From positions 88,666 to 152,665 of IMG/VR virus record IMGVR_UViG_3300028283_000002: 64,000 bases of DNA; one strand, 5' to 3'. The stretch comes from a virus. The position numbers were made by a program, and so were the translations under genes. This document shows, piece after piece, positions 28,647 to 39,900 of the stretch. The notes below the pieces were generated by a model. That model had not been told where the DNA came from and ran no database searches. It saw only the letters and a list, made by a program, of their open reading frames with translations. Position 1 is the first letter of the stretch. Each line of letters starts with the position of its first letter.

Positions 28647-30964
28647 TCTTGTGAATTATTGTTATTAATACTAGATTTATTTGTTATAGCAGACTGTACC
28701 AGTCTTGTTGTACCTCCGAATGACGTGAAATTAATAGTTTTATCGGTACTCTTAGTCCAACCAAAATCAAGAGCCAGATCCTTAACATTAACAATATTAG
28801 GTATAGCTATAATACTTTGCAATTTAGCTATTTCTACTCTTTCTAAAAGAATAACAGTATTACCAACTGTAGCTGGTGTCTGGTAAGCGTAATTTATCTG
28901 AACACCAAGATTCGTCAAACTGGATACAACAGCGTCTATTTGAGCGTTTGTTATTCCGCCCTTTATCCAAACTATAACATTTCTATAAGAATCAAGAGTG
29001 CCTCTCGCTCCAGGTTGTAATAAAGGAATACCATCGGCATTAAATTGTGGTGGTATAATATCATTTATTCCACCACTTCTTTCCGCTGCCACCTGTGCTG
29101 ATGCTTTTGCGTCCGCTGAAGTTACACCACCAGTTGCATTCGGTACATCTTTTAAAGCTAGATCAGCACTAGTATTACCAGATGAAATTGATGGCGTTGT
29201 TTTAACATCTAAGAATTTAAGATTTTCAAATATTTTAAATTTACCTGAATAAAGTAATGTTTTTGTTTTATAATTACTGGCGTTTAAAATAATATAGAAG
29301 TTATCTGACTTTTCTTTAGTCATTTGTTTCAAGATAGGTATATCTTCTTGATTAACTTTAAAGACAACTACACCAATATCAAATTTATTTTCATCTGTCT
29401 GGAAATAAATTTCTTTTTCTACTGTTTTAGTATCAGATTTAAAAACTAAATTTAATTTAGAATTAAGCAACACTTTACTTAAATTATAAGGAGTTATTGG
29501 GGAAGTAGGTGTATCTTGTTTTGCCATTTGAAATTTGATAATATTATCAAAGGGGGTTAATATTATATTTAATAATCCCATACCTTTGTAATCACTATCT
29601 GTTCCAGGATTCCAATTATTCGCTAATATTTTATAATTGTTTATAAGAATAGGGAAAGGAACTTTAACTAGATTAATATCAACATTTGTAGTAGTAGTTT
29701 TCAAATCATACACCTTATCGTATTTGTAATTATAAATCTTAGGTTTAGATAAATTATCAACAGTTAATCTCGCTAACGTCTTACCATATTTTAATAAATT
29801 ATTCGTAAGCCCAATACTAGCAAATCTACTAAATGAACTACTATCCACTAAATCTATAACCTTCATTTCTACATCAATGGCGGCAGTTGTATTAGAATAT
29901 TTAATAATAGGTCTATATTCAATCTTTTGTGCAAAATTTTCTGTTACTAAAAATGTAATCGGAAACCCACTTATTAAATTTTCTTCGTATAAAGTTACGA
30001 CGTATTCGATATTTATCTTTCTTCCCTGTGATTCAAGATTATTAACGAAGTTATCCATGTTCTCATTTGAGTTATCGTAAACTCCATATATTTCAAAGAA
30101 ATCCCCTTGTGTAGATTCTTCAACCATTACACCTAATGTTTGGTACTCTGGTTGTATAGATAAAGAAGTTTTATAAGTATCACCTAGATAATAATAAGGA
30201 ACACTAAAAACTGTCTGTTTAGATGATATAAACGAAAACTCTAAATAAATAGGAGCACTCATATTTAATCCAACACTATCTGTTAAATGATCGTTAACAC
30301 TATCTGGTGTTACAACATTTGTTGTTGGATTTATATTTCTTTGATTAGCAGTGTCTTGTACGCTAGGAACATAGAATGTTAAATATTTACCCCATTCTTT
30401 TTGGTTGTATGTAAATGGAGTGGCTAGGTCCATTAATTGATCGGCGTATTCAATAACGCCACTAACACTTTGTGCTTGTGTTTTATCAAAATAGAAATTG
30501 GAAAGTGGGTATTGTTTTTTACCTAAATAATCAAGGGCTTGAATTTTTAAATAGAAACCGTAATATACACCAAAATTATAACTAGACGGAAAGTATAATG
30601 TTACTTTATCGTAAAGCATCGGAGCAGTAGAATAATTCTGTAACTTTAAGAAGTTGAATTTAGTAGGATCTACTTTTGAATATTTTTTAGTTGTTGCGTC
30701 TATTACGAATAAGTTATGATCAATATCATTGATATTAGTTGTAGATAAGAAGTTTCGAGTATTTTTTGTAAGGTCTGACCATACAATATAATTTTCTGTT
30801 ACGTTTAAACTACTGTAATCCCATTCTAATAAAACATTTTGGTCTAGATTTAAATATTTTTTAGCCATTGTTGCACATTTCTTTTTCGTTATATATAAAA
30901 AATGGCAACACACAAAAACAAAAAACCCCAACAAAAATTGCTGGGGTTTCTTTTTTACATCCAC
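28643..30964 (-). CDS. putative virion structural protein (true start probably ~30868, MAKKYLNL)
   Basis: Long beta-rich ORF; the annotated 5' end crosses a terminator and a TATATA motif. Confidence 0.6.
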   Translation of the reverse strand: MDVKKKPQQFLLGFFVFVCCHFLYITKKKCATMAKKYLNLDQNVLLEWDYSSLNVTENYIVWSDLTKNTRNFLSTTNINDIDHNLFVIDATTKKYSKVDPTKFNFLKLQNYSTAPMLYDKVTLYFPSSYNFGVYYGFYLKIQALDYLGKKQYPLSNFYFDKTQAQSVSGVIEYADQLMDLATPFTYNQKEWGKYLTFYVPSVQDTANQRNINPTTNVVTPDSVNDHLTDSVGLNMSAPIYLEFSFISSKQTVFSVPYYYLGDTYKTSLSIQPEYQTLGVMVEESTQGDFFEIYGVYDNSNENMDNFVNNLESQGRKINIEYVVTLYEENLISGFPITFLVTENFAQKIEYRPIIKYSNTTAAIDVEMKVIDLVDSSSFSRFASIGLTNNLLKYGKTLARLTVDNLSKPKIYNYKYDKVYDLKTTTTNVDINLVKVPFPILINNYKILANNWNPGTDSDYKGMGLLNIILTPFDNIIKFQMAKQDTPTSPITPYNLSKVLLNSKLNLVFKSDTKTVEKEIYFQTDENKFDIGVVVFKVNQEDIPILKQMTKEKSDNFYIILNASNYKTKTLLYSGKFKIFENLKFLDVKTTPSISSGNTSADLALKDVPNATGGVTSADAKASAQVAAERSGGINDIIPPQFNADGIPLLQPGARGTLDSYRNVIVWIKGGITNAQIDAVVSSLTNLGVQINYAYQTPATVGNTVILLERVEIAKLQSIIAIPNIVNVKDLALDFGWTKSTDKTINFTSFGGTTRLVQSAITNKSSINNNNSQD
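30921..30956. terminator. intrinsic terminator
   Basis: AAACCCCA..TGGGGTTT hairpin with flanking A and T tracts. Confidence 0.65.
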
Positions 30965-31170
30965 TTTTTACGTTTCTCATCAAACTCTTTTTCAAGTTTG
31001 GTTAAACTGTAACTCCATGTTTCAGGAAAATCAAGTAACCTGTACTTTTGATTCCTTACTTCTTGGTGAATGTTTCTAGGTTCTGCTTCAATAAAGTAAT
31101 ATTGAGCACGGTAACCTCTTCGGTTTACCATATCGACTCTCCAAAGTCGAAGTTTATCATTTGTTTTCAT
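30955..31170 (-). CDS. hypothetical protein
   Basis: 71-aa ORF. Confidence 0.55.
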   Translation of the reverse strand: MKTNDKLRLWRVDMVNRRGYRAQYYFIEAEPRNIHQEVRNQKYRLLDFPETWSYSLTKLEKEFDEKRKKWM

Positions 31171-31254
31171 AACTCAAGATCTACTTGAGTTATGATGAGT
31201 TATATTTTTTCATATTACTATATATACAATATTTTTAGTGTAGTTTGGACAATT

Positions 31255-32298
31255 TTAACGTCTTCCACCGCCACCACCGCCACCACGCATTCCACCACCT
31301 CCGCCACTAGAGCCACCACGCATCCCACTACCACTTGATCCACCACTTCTACCTGCTGGTGAGTAAGAACCACCTCCTCTAGATGGAGTTGAATAACTAC
31401 CACTACTTCTGGTAGGTGAAGAATAATTACCAGTTCCTCTTTGTTGTGAAGGAGAATTATAACCCCTATTATAACCAGGATTTTGTCTCTGTGAAGGAGA
31501 ATTATATCCTCTATTATTAGGAGTTTGTGAAGGAGATCTATATCCAGGATTTACTGTCCTAGTACGAGGACTCACATATTCTTGGCTAGACCTAGCTTGA
31601 CGATACTGAGCAGGATAATAACTCTTAGCGTTATTATATCTTTGTTGCTGATTATTTCTTTGTTGTGTACTAACACCCCTATTAACAGGTTGCCTACTTT
31701 GTAAAGCTCTATTACTTGGTGTTCTAGTATTTATTCCACTCCTTGTATTCACAACAGTTCTTGGGTTCACGCCAGTTGTTCTGGTATTCCTATACATATC
31801 ATTTCTTTTACCATTATAGTTGTTACGACCGTAACCAACATCCCTGTGTCTTCCCATATATGTATTATAATGAGCACCATAGTTACCGTAACCGTAATAA
31901 CCGTAATACCCACCGTAATATCCCCATCCGTAATAAGGATAACCCCAGTAACCACCGTACCAATAAGGATTGTACCATCCGAACCCGTAGTAATATGGTG
32001 AGTAATAAGGAGCATATCCCCAACTATATCCCATATAGTAATAAGGACTATAAACGGACACGTAGAAAGGATCTGGATCAAATATATTAACGTAGAGATT
32101 CTTTTCCGCGTTATACACTGTACCAAAACCAAACTTGTTCTCGTCGTAATACTTTGTAGTATCTACCGAAGTTGAATCTGGAGGTGAAGTATATGATAAA
32201 TCATCGGTGTAATATGATTGTGGGTTAACTGTAGCGTTACGCGTAGCAGTACAACCGACAAAGATCAATAAAATCAGAAATAAGAAAATCTTTTTCAT
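31255..32298 (-). CDS. lipoprotein with Tyr/Gly-rich and RGG/Ser low-complexity regions
   Basis: Lipobox in MKKIFLFLILLIFVGC; NRGYNSPSQ repeats; GGGMRGG tail. Confidence 0.8.
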   Translation of the reverse strand: MKKIFLFLILLIFVGCTATRNATVNPQSYYTDDLSYTSPPDSTSVDTTKYYDENKFGFGTVYNAEKNLYVNIFDPDPFYVSVYSPYYYMGYSWGYAPYYSPYYYGFGWYNPYWYGGYWGYPYYGWGYYGGYYGYYGYGNYGAHYNTYMGRHRDVGYGRNNYNGKRNDMYRNTRTTGVNPRTVVNTRSGINTRTPSNRALQSRQPVNRGVSTQQRNNQQQRYNNAKSYYPAQYRQARSSQEYVSPRTRTVNPGYRSPSQTPNNRGYNSPSQRQNPGYNRGYNSPSQQRGTGNYSSPTRSSGSYSTPSRGGGSYSPAGRSGGSSGSGMRGGSSGGGGGMRGGGGGGGRR

Positions 32299-32331
32299 AA
32301 TTATTTGATTATTTTATATATTATATAACAA

Positions 32332-32964
32332 TTATTGTGACAAAGGTTTTAATTCGTTCGGAGTTATCTTTTGGAACATCCAATGATCATCCGTTGTAAC
32401 ATGTCCTTTTCTAACATATTTAGCGATAGATTTTTCAAACTCTTCAAATGAAAAACTAGAAGCCAATCTAATAACAAACCCCTCTTGTATTTCAGTATTT
32501 ATTTTGAAATTCTCAATAAACTCTTTGTTATAAATACCTCTCCATAAAACTGGGACGTGTTCTAATCCAAGAAATTTACTAAAAGTAACTGTATCATCCC
32601 ACGATAAACAAGTATCATCTTCGTCCCAAATAGAAAATACCATAAAATAAGAAGGAAGACTTTTATATGATAATGAATGTTGAGCGTAAAGATTTTCACC
32701 ACAAATTTTCCAATCATCTGGAATATTATATTTGATATTCCCCCAAAGTCCTTTAACCCAGTGTCTTGAAGGATGATCAGCACTATCTAACGAACGGGCG
32801 TGAATACAATCATTCATAAGAGTCGTATTTTCACCATCTAACTTCTCGCTTATTACTATTTCCTTTCCATTAAAAAAATCAATGTTTTTATGTATTCTAT
32901 CGTCACTTGTGGCTCCAGGGCTCCAGGGAACGTGCGCCGTGCGCGGGTATTTACGTTTCATCAC
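32332..32964 (-). CDS. RNA ligase family nucleotidyltransferase
   Basis: KYPRTAH, EKLDGEN (motif I), GEN, EGFVIR, AKYV. Confidence 0.85.
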   Translation of the reverse strand: MMKRKYPRTAHVPWSPGATSDDRIHKNIDFFNGKEIVISEKLDGENTTLMNDCIHARSLDSADHPSRHWVKGLWGNIKYNIPDDWKICGENLYAQHSLSYKSLPSYFMVFSIWDEDDTCLSWDDTVTFSKFLGLEHVPVLWRGIYNKEFIENFKINTEIQEGFVIRLASSFSFEEFEKSIAKYVRKGHVTTDDHWMFQKITPNELKPLSQ

Positions 32965-33252
32965 TTTTAATTTTTTTAATTATAAAATTTATTAAATCAT
33001 TTTTATATTCTTTTAATTCTTTCTCCCATATATATATTATTTTATATCCTTTACTTTCAGCTAATAATTTTTTATTTAAATCCTTTTCCCACAATTCTTT
33101 AGCTATAGCACTTTTAAACGGGTGTGGTAAAATATCAGTTTCTTTATAAATTAAAGGGTTAGCGTGCCAAAAATCTCCATTTATTTCTATTAATAAGTTC
33201 GTATTGGTAATTCTAATATCATATGAATTTTTATTTATCCAATATTGTTTTG
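32951..33252 (-). pseudogene. 5'-truncated Vsr/DUF559-like endonuclease domain
   Basis: Startless frame SKQYWINKNSYDIRI..IEINGDFWHANP..YIWEKE, paralogous to the C-terminus of 35896-36819. Confidence 0.7.
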
Positions 33253-33593
33253 ACTACTTGTAATGATTGTGGGACACAGTATATAAGACATCTACCATCA
33301 CTTATATACTGTGTCCCACAATCATTACAAGTAGTCAGAGGTTTCAATGGTGTTGTTTTCTTACCTTTTATAAAATTACTCCACTGTTTATGATATTTCT
33401 TTTTATAATGTTCACAATTTCTTTCAGATTGTGATAAATAACATTCTGAATCACAAGCCATTCCAGCGTCACTACCAGGATATAAATAATCTAAAAAACA
33501 AGAACCTTCTGGGCATTCACAGATTTCCCAATTCTCTTCACCGTAAGGATCAAGTTCTTTTTTAGAATCAAACATTTTAAATTTTTTTATCAT
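33231..33593 (-). CDS. Cys-rich hypothetical protein with DPYGEENW motif
   Basis: MIKKFKMFDSKKELDPYGEENWE. Confidence 0.65.
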   Translation of the reverse strand: MIKKFKMFDSKKELDPYGEENWEICECPEGSCFLDYLYPGSDAGMACDSECYLSQSERNCEHYKKKYHKQWSNFIKGKKTTPLKPLTTCNDCGTQYISDGRCLIYCVPQSLQVVKTILDK

Positions 33594-33712
33594 TACAAAT
33601 ATACTTATTTTTGTCCACTTAAAAAAATTAATTTAAACTAACATTTATATTGATATATATTAAAAATAACAACAATAAAAAAGATATATAAGGAGAAAAA
33701 TTTAATTCAATT

Positions 33713-34621
33713 ATGAGAAACCAGAAGATAAGGACTTTCTACAAAAAAGAAATGGCTTTAAATGATATAGTCGCAGAAAACTACTCAATGTCCCCCAACA
33801 AACCAAAGTTGTTCATGGATCACGTAGAAAAGAAAGACAAGAAAGACCTCCTTATCGTTGACGAAGACTTTGACCCCTTCAGCCGTGAAGATTTCTATAT
33901 CGCTCATACAAAAGAATACGTTGACGCTTTTTTCGATAATATTCCAAACCTTAACGTTAGTAATAAATTAAAATGGACACCAGAATTTGCTGATACTGTA
34001 AGATACACAAACTCATCACTTTACGCTGCTATTAAACATAGTATTGATTATCCTGATATAGTTAGTTTATCCCCGACTGCTGGATTTCACCACGCTATGC
34101 CACATAGAGGATTTGATTTCTGTACTTTTTCTGGTCAAGTTATAGCTTCTGCTAAAATATACCAACAATACAAATTGGCTGGTGCTTACATAGATTTAGA
34201 TGCCCATTTTGGTAACTCCATTGGAGATAGTATGAACTTTGTTAAAGATTTAGATAAGGCTATTGTGATGAACATTAACCCAGAAGATTACCACGATTGG
34301 TACATTAAAAATCTAAACAGAGATCTTAAAATTCTAGAAAATAAGATATTAAATAAAGAAGTAGATTATTTAGTGTTTGCTCACGGTGCTGATAGCACAG
34401 AAGATGATGATCTTGGCGACGGTCAATTAACTGATAAGGGTTGGGTTAGAGTTAGTGAAATAGTTTATAATTTCATTAACGAAATTGATTTAAAATTAGG
34501 AAGACCTATCCCATTAACTCTATCTTTATTTGGCGGATACAGAAGACATGACTTCGATAGTGTGTTGGACTTGCATTTAACGGATATAGAAAAATGCCAC
34601 AGTATCCTCTGTAAAAATTAA
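33713..34621 (+). CDS. Zn-dependent histone deacetylase (HDAC/AcuC) family protein
   Basis: GFHHA, FCTF, IDLDAHFGN, GAD...DDLG, GGY motifs. Confidence 0.88.
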   Translation: MRNQKIRTFYKKEMALNDIVAENYSMSPNKPKLFMDHVEKKDKKDLLIVDEDFDPFSREDFYIAHTKEYVDAFFDNIPNLNVSNKLKWTPEFADTVRYTNSSLYAAIKHSIDYPDIVSLSPTAGFHHAMPHRGFDFCTFSGQVIASAKIYQQYKLAGAYIDLDAHFGNSIGDSMNFVKDLDKAIVMNINPEDYHDWYIKNLNRDLKILENKILNKEVDYLVFAHGADSTEDDDLGDGQLTDKGWVRVSEIVYNFINEIDLKLGRPIPLTLSLFGGYRRHDFDSVLDLHLTDIEKCHSILCKN

Positions 34622-34645
34622 TTCTAAAATTTAATATATAGTGGC

Positions 34646-35923
34646 ATGAAATACCTTGGTACTATATTAGAAGAATTGGGTGTTAAATCATTACCAGTTT
34701 CGTCTTATTTAAATTGGAGTGATTTAGAATTCGATAAGATTAGAAAAACTAGGGGCGATAAATATAAAAAATATGGAGGTAAAGAATTAGCAGATGAAAG
34801 AAGATCTTTAAAGAAGAAAATTAAAGCTGATATAGATGAAATAAAAAAATTAAAAGATACTGGCATTTTCTTTATCGAGAAAGAGTCTTTTCTAATGCAA
34901 TTTTTCACTCTTTACTTCTACAACGTTAGGTACAAAAAACCAATATCTGATATATTTAAAAAATGGGGAATCGATCCACTCGCAGCTAAAACACATTTCA
35001 GTTTAGAAGATAGATTAAACAGAATGCACTTTCTTAAAGGCGTTGATCCTCAGTTGAGGGGGACGGGTCTGGCGGAATTACTTTACAAAGAATTTATACA
35101 TTATATAGGATGGGCTACATCAAATGCTGACGCCAAACCAGGTGTTAAAGTTATATGGTCAAAATTAGCTAAGGACGATGATTTTTATACTGTTGTAACT
35201 TATTTTGATGTATTGGCTATAAGTAAGAAAAAAGGATATACAGAAGAAGAAATAAGACAAATTGTAAATAGATTTTTAGAATCTAAAGTTGAAGACGTTT
35301 ATAAATATAAGGGCAAGACAGTCATAGACGACGAACTTCTTGAAATGTTCCCCGAACTAAAAGATAAATATTACAGAAAAGGTAAAGTAGTTAAAAGATA
35401 TGAGAACATTATAAAGAAAGAATTGAAATATCTTCCTTTTATAAACGATTCATTAATTATAGACGTCAAGGGGAACGAAGAATATTGTTTGATTAGAGAT
35501 GTATATTTCACACACGGTAAAATATATTACTGGGGTGTGGTTAGATCAGGCGATATAATCATCTCACCTTATATCGAAGACGGGGAAATAGGGTTCAGTA
35601 AAGTTCTTTGGAAAGAAGTAGATGGTTACGATAAATATACTATATTACAACAAGACGTTGATGTAGTTGGCATCATACCAAACTCTAATGATATAAGATT
35701 AACTAGGAGAAATGTTAGTGTGCAAGATATGATAGATGGTGTAAGATTATCATACATACCTAGGAGAGTTGTATATAGTGGTGAGGAGTTAGATAGATTA
35801 GTCTTTTCGAGAACAAGAGTTAAAAACGCCATTGAAGTAAGAATATCTTATAAAGACGAAAGAAGAAAATTACAACTCATTAAGAATCACGAGTATTATA
35901 AAAGAATGTTCATCGCTAGATAA
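34646..35923 (+). CDS. protein with GNAT-like acetyltransferase motif A
   Basis: GVDPQLRGTGLAELLY, then S-x-x-x-AK..IWSKL; follows TAATATATA (34632-34640). Confidence 0.55.
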   Translation: MKYLGTILEELGVKSLPVSSYLNWSDLEFDKIRKTRGDKYKKYGGKELADERRSLKKKIKADIDEIKKLKDTGIFFIEKESFLMQFFTLYFYNVRYKKPISDIFKKWGIDPLAAKTHFSLEDRLNRMHFLKGVDPQLRGTGLAELLYKEFIHYIGWATSNADAKPGVKVIWSKLAKDDDFYTVVTYFDVLAISKKKGYTEEEIRQIVNRFLESKVEDVYKYKGKTVIDDELLEMFPELKDKYYRKGKVVKRYENIIKKELKYLPFINDSLIIDVKGNEEYCLIRDVYFTHGKIYYWGVVRSGDIIISPYIEDGEIGFSKVLWKEVDGYDKYTILQQDVDVVGIIPNSNDIRLTRRNVSVQDMIDGVRLSYIPRRVVYSGEELDRLVFSRTRVKNAIEVRISYKDERRKLQLIKNHEYYKRMFIAR

Positions 35924-36819
35924 TTGATTAGATTATCGTCGTTCAAATCCTTTATATCATTTTCCCAAATATAAAACACCTTATAACCAAAGGATTCTGC
36001 TAATACCTTTTTATTTAAATCCCTTCTCCATATAGTTTTTACTCTTTCTTTTTTAAATGGGAATTTCAAAACGTCGTTCTCGTTATAAAGAACAGGATTA
36101 GCGTGCCATAGATCGCTATTAACATCTATCAGAGTATTCTTTATCTTTATATCAAAGAACTTCCTTCCAACCATGAATCTCTTAGTGTATGTTATATTCA
36201 ATTTATCAAGACAGTTTGTAACCTTAGACTCTATTGAAGAATATATTTTATCAAGAAGAAAGTCTTTTTGCTCATCTGATAAGTTAATCCAATGATTATA
36301 ACATATTTTATATAAACTCTTTAATTCATTTTGTACTTCTTCGTCTATGGTATCATTTTTCATATCTAACGTTTTAGATATGAATAGATCACGTAGATTT
36401 ATGAAATTCTGTATGTTTTTAGAAGCATTTAGATTTTTTAAACGTTTCTTATTTTTAACAGATTGGAGTTTAGATACGTTATCCACTCCGTATTTGGTCA
36501 TACAAGTTTTTTTGTATTTCTTGGTTGATATTTGTTTGGAACTTACTTTCATAGTTCTTCTTTTGATATTGTAATAATCTAGAAGAAATATTATGTTATT
36601 GTAACTTATGAGATGATCTTTTCTGATCTCAGGAAGACTTTTAAGTTTGACGACGTATTCATCGAAGAGAGTATTTTTAGTACTTATCATGGGGAAGTTA
36701 TAAGATAGAAATTCAATTTTGATTCCTTCTTTTGTCCATACTTTCATGTTCTTGTTACACCTATAAATATGGCGACCGTCGTAGCGATTGATTCTATTTT
36801 TACAAAAAGGACAGTGCAT
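35896..36819 (-). CDS. homing-type endonuclease (Vsr/DUF559-like), possibly with a degenerate active site
   Basis: CPFC..H..C, KYGVDN, IDVNSDLWHANP, YIWEND. Confidence 0.7.
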   Translation of the reverse strand: MHCPFCKNRINRYDGRHIYRCNKNMKVWTKEGIKIEFLSYNFPMISTKNTLFDEYVVKLKSLPEIRKDHLISYNNIIFLLDYYNIKRRTMKVSSKQISTKKYKKTCMTKYGVDNVSKLQSVKNKKRLKNLNASKNIQNFINLRDLFISKTLDMKNDTIDEEVQNELKSLYKICYNHWINLSDEQKDFLLDKIYSSIESKVTNCLDKLNITYTKRFMVGRKFFDIKIKNTLIDVNSDLWHANPVLYNENDVLKFPFKKERVKTIWRRDLNKKVLAESFGYKVFYIWENDIKDLNDDNLINYLAMNILL

Positions 36820-36902
36820 CTTCTCACGTATATATAAATAGTGAGAAGTTGGATAACTTCATATTTTTCAGTTGGAAAACTATCGAAAAATGAGAAAAAT
36901 TA

Positions 36903-36911
36903 TAATATATA
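36903..36911 (+). promoter_or_regulatory. phage late-promoter-like motif TAATATATA (representative copy)
   Basis: Recurs upstream of the sheath, tube (42832), hub (44601), gp6 (12808), fibre (25645) and other genes on both strands. Confidence 0.65.
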
Positions 36912-36978
36912 TAGTATTAAACGTATTAAATTGTATGTGAGTCGTGGGACAAACATAGTAAAAAATAATTAAAAAAAT

Positions 36979-39900
36979 ATGCCAATAAGTAACAAAGATT
37001 TAGGAAAGTACAAACGTCCAGGTATTTTCATCGAAGAGATAGATCTATCGATGATTGAACGTCCAATTCAGGAAGTACTAATCAACTTAGTGCCTGGCTT
37101 CTCTAAGAAGGGTCCTTTCAATAAGCCTGTTAGGGTTAATAGCCCACAGGAATTTGAGGACATTTTTGGACCAGTGGACAAAAACCTTGAAAACAAAGGT
37201 TCATACTTCCACAGATTTGTAGAGGATATGTTGACTGTGGGTCCCGTTTGGGCACTCAATTTATTGAAGACTGATCCTACTAGAGATCAATTGGAATGGG
37301 AATCTATCTCAGTTTCAGCTCAGTACGATAACGGTCCTAAGAACTCTTCGCCTTACGAAAGATTTTTCAATAGACAAGATTTCTGGGAAAGAGATGTAGA
37401 ATCCTTTATGGATATCGTTGATCTAGAATTTATTGATCACCCTACAACTCAACCAAATCCAGCACATGATTTGTTCAGTATAACAAACATGGGGGATAAG
37501 AAAATTACATTGTTCACGTTCAAATCTTCAATTACTGGATTTGACGTATCAGCCGAAAGTTGGTACGGTGGAGCTGATAAAGTTCCTTTATTCATGAACG
37601 CAAAAGATTACATCTCAGATTATATGATTAGTGTGTTATCAGTTGTTGGTGATTATACAGATTACGCAACTTTGAGTGTTGACCCATATTGGGGTAAATA
37701 TTTCAACGCTAATGGTTTAATCAAAGGACAAGTTCAAAACTTTGTTAGTGATAGATTAACAACAGTTAACGCTTATTATGATGTGTGTTTAATTCCAAAT
37801 TTTAGAGATACATCTGGAAGAGATATGTATATCAAGAATGTTATTAACGTAGCGACCGAACAAACTGGTTTATTCTGTTATTACAACGAAGAATATCTGT
37901 TAAATTCAGATTTCTACAAAGGTAACATTGATACAATCGGTGCAACTTTAGTTCTCACAGAAGACGTTATTAATAATGTTATTCCAAAGACTTCAATTGA
38001 TTTTATGTCTTATAAAACCAATTTAAGTGAAAGTGTTGGTTACGCTGAAAGAGGATTAGATTACGTTGGAAATCCATTCGGAAACTACAGCGAAGATATG
38101 ATAACATCATGGGTTAGTGGCAGAACAGGTCAATATACAAACTGGTACACTAACATAGCTCCAACAGCAGTAACTAATATGTATTCTACTGTTATAACAG
38201 GCGTTGTTTCATCAGCCATTACTTTAACAAGTATAACTGGTGTTGAAGTTGACGATACTATTTATTTCAGTAAATCATTCGGTATCTTAGAAAAAGATTT
38301 ACCATATTATGTTTTAACAATTGATGGTGCTAATATTACAATATCTAAAACCAAAGGTGGCCCAATTTTAACAGGACTTTCTTCTGGAACAAATGTTTTC
38401 GCTTATAGTTTAAAACAAAAATTCTACGACGCTATTGGAAGTTTATCTTATAATATCAACACTGGATATACATTATCTGATAGTGTATTATTCTTGGAAC
38501 CATTTGTTGTAAACAATAGTGCACAAACATATAGTAGATATGATATTGTATATTTAAGTACAGATTATACAACTATTCATACAGTAAAAGGAAATCAAGT
38601 AACTGGTACATCACCAAGTAAACCAAACTTCCTTTTAAGTAACGCTAATACAATTATCCTAGGATATATGAAAATTCAATATGATTTAGTTTCCAGTGTA
38701 ACACCAACTTTCACAAAAACTTGGTACCCTGTTACAGTAGATGAAACTAAATATTTAGTTTTAGTAGATGGTACAGACGTTTCAGCAGTATCTGGTGTAA
38801 CAGTCGCTGGTATCAAATATTTAGATCTATATTTCTTAGGAACATCTGGATCAACAGACTATACCAATTATCTCAAATTAAGAAAATCAAAAATTTTCAC
38901 TGAGATTTATACCAATTTATTGACTGGTAGATCTGTTATAATTAATAAATTAGATGGAAGTAAATATTCTGTAACAGCTACAGTATTTGAAGCTACAACT
39001 ACATCAGATGCTCACGTCATCATATACTTCGATAGTTTAACAGCTACAAATCCATTTAATTATTACGTAAGTGGTAGTTTCTTAATCTATTACATAGACT
39101 ATGAATTAGATTTCTATTTAAGATCAAATAGTCTTTCGAGTATAATTACAACAACTGGAGTAGTAAATGGATTAGCCGCAGATACAGGTATAGTTGCTAA
39201 ATACTCAACATTATATCAAGATTATTACAATGGTATAATAAATAACGGTGATTACATTTATCAAAACAACGATAGTGGAACAACAGTAAAAATTTATTTG
39301 AAAATGTTCTTAAATTCAGATAAGAACTTAACAATTAAATTTGCTAGTGCACCAGAAGGTGATCCAGATACTACATTAACTAACGTTAGTGTAAATTATC
39401 GAGACGCTGATGGTAACATAGCTTTAATAATTTATTCAAATAAATCAAGTTACAAACAATCACTTGAAATTGAAAACACAAGTTATATCACAGACTTTAA
39501 TAACGTAAACTATGTTTATGTTGATAAGACTAGATATGCAGAAATAACAAAAGGCTGGTACTTAGAAGCATATTACGACACTTCGTATTATGATTCTCCA
39601 GGTGAAGGTTATATCTTAGGAGCAGTTCCAAGAAAACTTGTTCGTATAACAAAGACAGCTATTGATACTGTAGATCCAATGTTAAAAATCTTATACGCTG
39701 ACGGCCCAATTAGAATTTTAAGTAACCCAACAGGTTCTACTTACGATTATTACACCTCAGCCTATATGTCGATTGATAACTATGTTGGTGAATACAATGG
39801 TTTAACATTAAAACCGTTCACAGTACATCCAGATTCAATGCCAAATAACACAGACGCTAGATTAGATAGCATAATGAGTGTGTTAGACAAATCAACAAAC

